A program made the position numbers and the translations under genes. From contig JAMWBK010000001.1 in assembly GCA_029953675.1 (NCBI GenBank), forward strand, positions 1,116,001 through 1,180,000: a stretch of 64,000 bases of DNA. The letters run 5' to 3'. This document shows, in pieces, positions 60,782 to 64,000 of the stretch; position 1 is the stretch's first letter, and the number at the start of each line of letters is the position of its first letter. This DNA is from Rhodosorus marinus CCMP1338 (lineage: Eukaryota > Plantae > Rhodophyta). The notes below the pieces were generated by a model, which made no database searches, was not told the origin of the DNA, and saw only the letters and a program-made list of their open reading frames with translations.

Positions 60782-61090
60782 TTACTTCAGATGTAGTCTC
60801 TTAGATGGAAATAAAGAAGTCTGCTGAGCACTTGCACATTTCCACTTCGGTCCATCTTTATCGAAACAGCGAAACCTGCTAACCAGGTTTTTATAGCTGT
60901 TTGATACTGCTTGTAGAGGCACAGTTACTAGTGTACGTTTACCGAAGCAGCGAAACCTGCCAGTCAGGGTTGTATTGCTCTTTACTACGACTTGTCGAAG
61001 CATAGTTACTAGTGTACCTTTATCCAAACGGCCAAGCCTGCTAGCCAGGGCTTTATAACTGTCTGCTACTACTTGTGCACCCATATTCAT
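60782..61090 (-). repeat. 81-bp (27-aa) degenerate repeat x3 in an open frame
   Basis: QVVADSYKALASRLGRLDKGTLVTMLR / QVVVKSNTTLTGRFRCFGKRTLVTVPL / QAVSNSYKNLVSRFRCFDK. Confidence 0.6.
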
Positions 61091-61099
61091 TTTTTAATG

Positions 61100-61310
61100 A
61101 GTGAAATGGTTTAATCGGAGGCTAAAAGAGGAGAAACCCTGAGGAGAACGAAACTAAAGGGACTAAACTCGGCGAAGATCGCGCCTCCGACATCAAACCA
61201 GCGTTCATAGGCTTTAGGCTATATTAGCATTCATAGGCCACAGCAAGAAACTTAAAAGAGTAAACAACGAAGACAGACGATCAGGGCGTTCCCGGAATAA
61301 TTCCCGAATA
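61100..61310 (-). mobile_element. Old B 3' stub
   Basis: ELFRERPDRLSSLFTLLSFLLW; ggtttaatcggaggct. Confidence 0.75.
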
Positions 61311-61429
61311 AAGTGGACAATAATATCAATTACTAACGTTTTCGCCCCTTCTCGACCCGTTCGCTGACTGGCTGTTCGCGATCTGCTGCAGAATCGTTCG
61401 CTTCTAGGCAGAAGCTTGGATGGCAACAG

Positions 61430-64000
61430 GCTGTTATTGGGCTTTACTGGCTTGATCGGGCTTTACTGGACTTTACTGGACTTTACTGGACTTTACTGGA
61501 TTTTACGAGCATAGCCTGAAGCGCTACGCAAGGCGTGAAGATGAACTAATAACTAGGGAGGGAAGCATGCAACCCCAGGCGCCGATGGCGCGCCTCGGAA
61601 AGCATGTGGCTGGAATATCGCCAAAGGAAGACACTTAAACGCCTCAAGAGCGCCAAATATTCAGTAGGATGCTCAGCAAAACATTTCCGCAACCACTCTA
61701 AACCCGACTTATCCACGTGACCAAAGCTTTCCACAATGAATGGCTGGAACCGGTGAGAGCGACCCTCAGCGCAAGGCAGACTGGCCATGCTCTCAGCATA
61801 CCGTCGTTCCTTAACTATTCGAAGGGCTGAAGCCGCGGCCCCCCGGCGGCGCGCGGCTGCGGTGAGGTGGGCGCTGGCCACGGGGCAGGTAATCGCAAGG
61901 TCCACATATGTTGAGCGTCTGGCAGCAGCGTCGGAGACGAGGAGATCGGCTATACAACGGGGCGGTGCGGAGTCCGAGATTTATCTGGGCAGTTCCGACT
62001 CAACCTCAACCGTATGCCCTATCCGAGTGAAAAATTCGCTGAGGATGTACTTGAGGCAAGTGTGGCGCCTCGTACGGAGACCCCTCAACAGTCCGCAGGA
62101 GCCCAGCAAGTGGTAGCCACAAGCGTCAATCCGACTCTCACATCCCTGACAGAAAGACGGCCGATTAGAGTGCCACGGAGCCTGTGGCAAACCGAGATAG
62201 ATCCGTGCGGCAGAACGGAACTGGAAAGCATCGAGACGATGACTCAATGACGACGGTAGAGTGGTTAACCACAAGTGCGAGAGGTGGCCTCCCATGCCGC
62301 GGAGACGAGCGGCAGTGGGAGGCGGCGTGAGAGGAGAATTGAGCATGACTGTGCGAGCGGCACTGTGTTGGCCCCAGGTGAGGCTATGTTGAATCACATC
62401 AGTGCGGGAGCTCCACAATCGGCTCAAACCCGGGTAGTCTGCAACAGGTGACCCGGGGCTAGCCTCTCCGTCATCGGCAAAAACTCGGTCGAGGGGAGAA
62501 TCCTCAATCTCTTCAGCTCGTCCCCATAACAGCTCCCTCCAGGAACGAAAGCGGCACCGATTTGCGTCCGGCACGGCGTTGCACCTCCTGAACGCGTGTT
62601 GAATACCATCATAAATTGTCAAAAGCGGGGGCGGCAGGGTCCCTGGATCCTCGTTGGTCAAAGCTCGAGCCAAGAGGCAGGCACTTCGCATCTGGAAGGT
62701 CACCAACGTTCGCAGCGCGGTAGCCCAGGAGGCAACCGCCGCTGGCGAGCATACCAGCCCACGGTCTGCGACGCCGAATCCCCCTAATCGCAACGGTAGA
62801 GCGATCTGTGCACGAATCAAGTCCCTGTCGGGAGCAGCTTCAAGATCGAGGGGCTCATCCAAGAGCGTTCCCCAGTGTTGCAGGGTCATCTCGTCGGCTT
62901 TAGCCGCGATCCACGAGCCCCAAGCTGGAGGCAGGCTGCGCAACCAGTAGTTGAGTCTGGGACCGGCACAAAAGCGGGAAAGCAAGCAGGCCGATTGCAG
63001 CATGCTGTCGGGTAGGTGCTCAATGGCGTCGGTGAGTTGCTTGTGCCGTGCCATAGTCGAAGAGTGGATGGCAGAGAGGCCAGCGACACGTCCCTCGGGG
63101 GGAGAAAGCGACATTTTTCTGTTTCCACAGTCAAACCGACGCGACGTGCAATCGCTTCGATCGCGGTCAGTCCCCTAGCCAGGGTGTCAGGGGTGCCCAG
63201 CAATGTTACGTCATCGTGGTACGCGCAGATTCGAAGATCCGAGACCTCAGTCGAAAGACGTAAAAGTACGAGCTGTAGGGCACAGGCATGAAGAAGAGGT
63301 CCGCAAGGGTCGCCTTTTTGGACGCCAGTATGTCCTTGAAAAACAGTGCCCTCCGTTGTCAAGTAGGGGAGGCTCTCCCCTCCGTAAATACCCGATAGAA
63401 ACGGCCACGCCTCCGGAAACACACGTCGGAGCACCTCTAGCGCATGCGTCCGCGACACGCTGTTGAATGCGTTCCGGAAATCAACCACCAAAACTCCCCA
63501 CTCCGGCCTACTGGCGCGTTCTAGCTCGATCCTATGGGTGATCAGTTCGCAACCCCCAGAAAATCCCACCCCTACTTGCAAGGGCGCCACAAAAGCTGTG
63601 ACGCGCTGGCGAAGGCGCTGGCATAGCCACCTCCCGGCTAACTTCCGTAGGCTCTCCACCATCCCGATCGGCAGAAGACGCGGGTGGGCCGGCTGGTGGT
63701 CAGGTTTCGTGAGCAAGCAAAGCTGTGCCTGCTGGAGATGTTCCCATGGCGCAGACGCACCCGATACGCCCTGGAACAACTTGTTAAGGATCCTCAGAAG
63801 CGCGCTCTGGCCAGGCTGGCTCAGGGCCTGCAATAGCTCTGTTCTTAGTCCGGAGGGTCCGGGACAGCGTCCCCGACGCGAGGTACGAAGTAAATCCTCC
63901 AGGTCAGACTCACTGAGCGTCAGATCGATGCGAAACCTGGCCAACTCCGGACGGTCTAAGAATACCTCGAATTCAGGGGACAAGTCCACGTCGGACTCAG
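61430..64000 (-). mobile_element. CRE-A1 copy 5, running off the right edge; small internal deletion near 63055
   Basis: ORFs 62886-63989, 61981-63114 and 61546-61905; tail of four consecutive AGTAAA(A/G)TCC units. Confidence 0.93.

Noticed and set aside
5700-64000. Many 60-200 aa ORFs overlapping the CRE copies (e.g. MSLGPAQK.., MREVASHAAET.., MLRHRGTRR..)
   Set aside because: They are antisense or alternative-frame shadows of ORF2 and recur only because the elements are repeated

Overview
Eukaryotic nuclear DNA: spliceosomal GT-AG introns, a plastid-transit-like N-terminus and intron-poor genes. A red alga is plausible but is an inference. About half of the window is a nest of CRE-clade (RT plus restriction-like endonuclease, RLE) non-LTR retrotransposons. 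Family A has a young A1 subfamily (5 copies, 2 near full length) and an older A2 subfamily; its 3' tails are (AGTAAAGTCC)/(AATAAAGCC)n. Family B has one near-full copy at 45-51 kb and about 20 3' stubs; its tail is (ATTC)n. Both families have two ORFs and a YHDD RT motif. Several TSD-delimited insertions sit inside other copies: A in A, A in B, B in A and B in B. One site in family A's own RLE coding region (TATGCTG|AGAG) is the breakpoint of four separate events. Two A inserts carry the same composite 5' cap containing a shared 21-nt sequence. There are also two Ty1/copia remnants. Host genes between the elements: an ABCG half-transporter, a ZIP metal transporter, a signal-peptide RTX-repeat protein, a secreted protein built from phase-0 six-Cys exon modules, a 3-exon EamA/DMT transporter, a 464-aa secreted orphan and a frameshifted Cys-rich ORF. 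No rRNA, tRNA or CRISPR array was found. All alignments and boundaries were made by eye.
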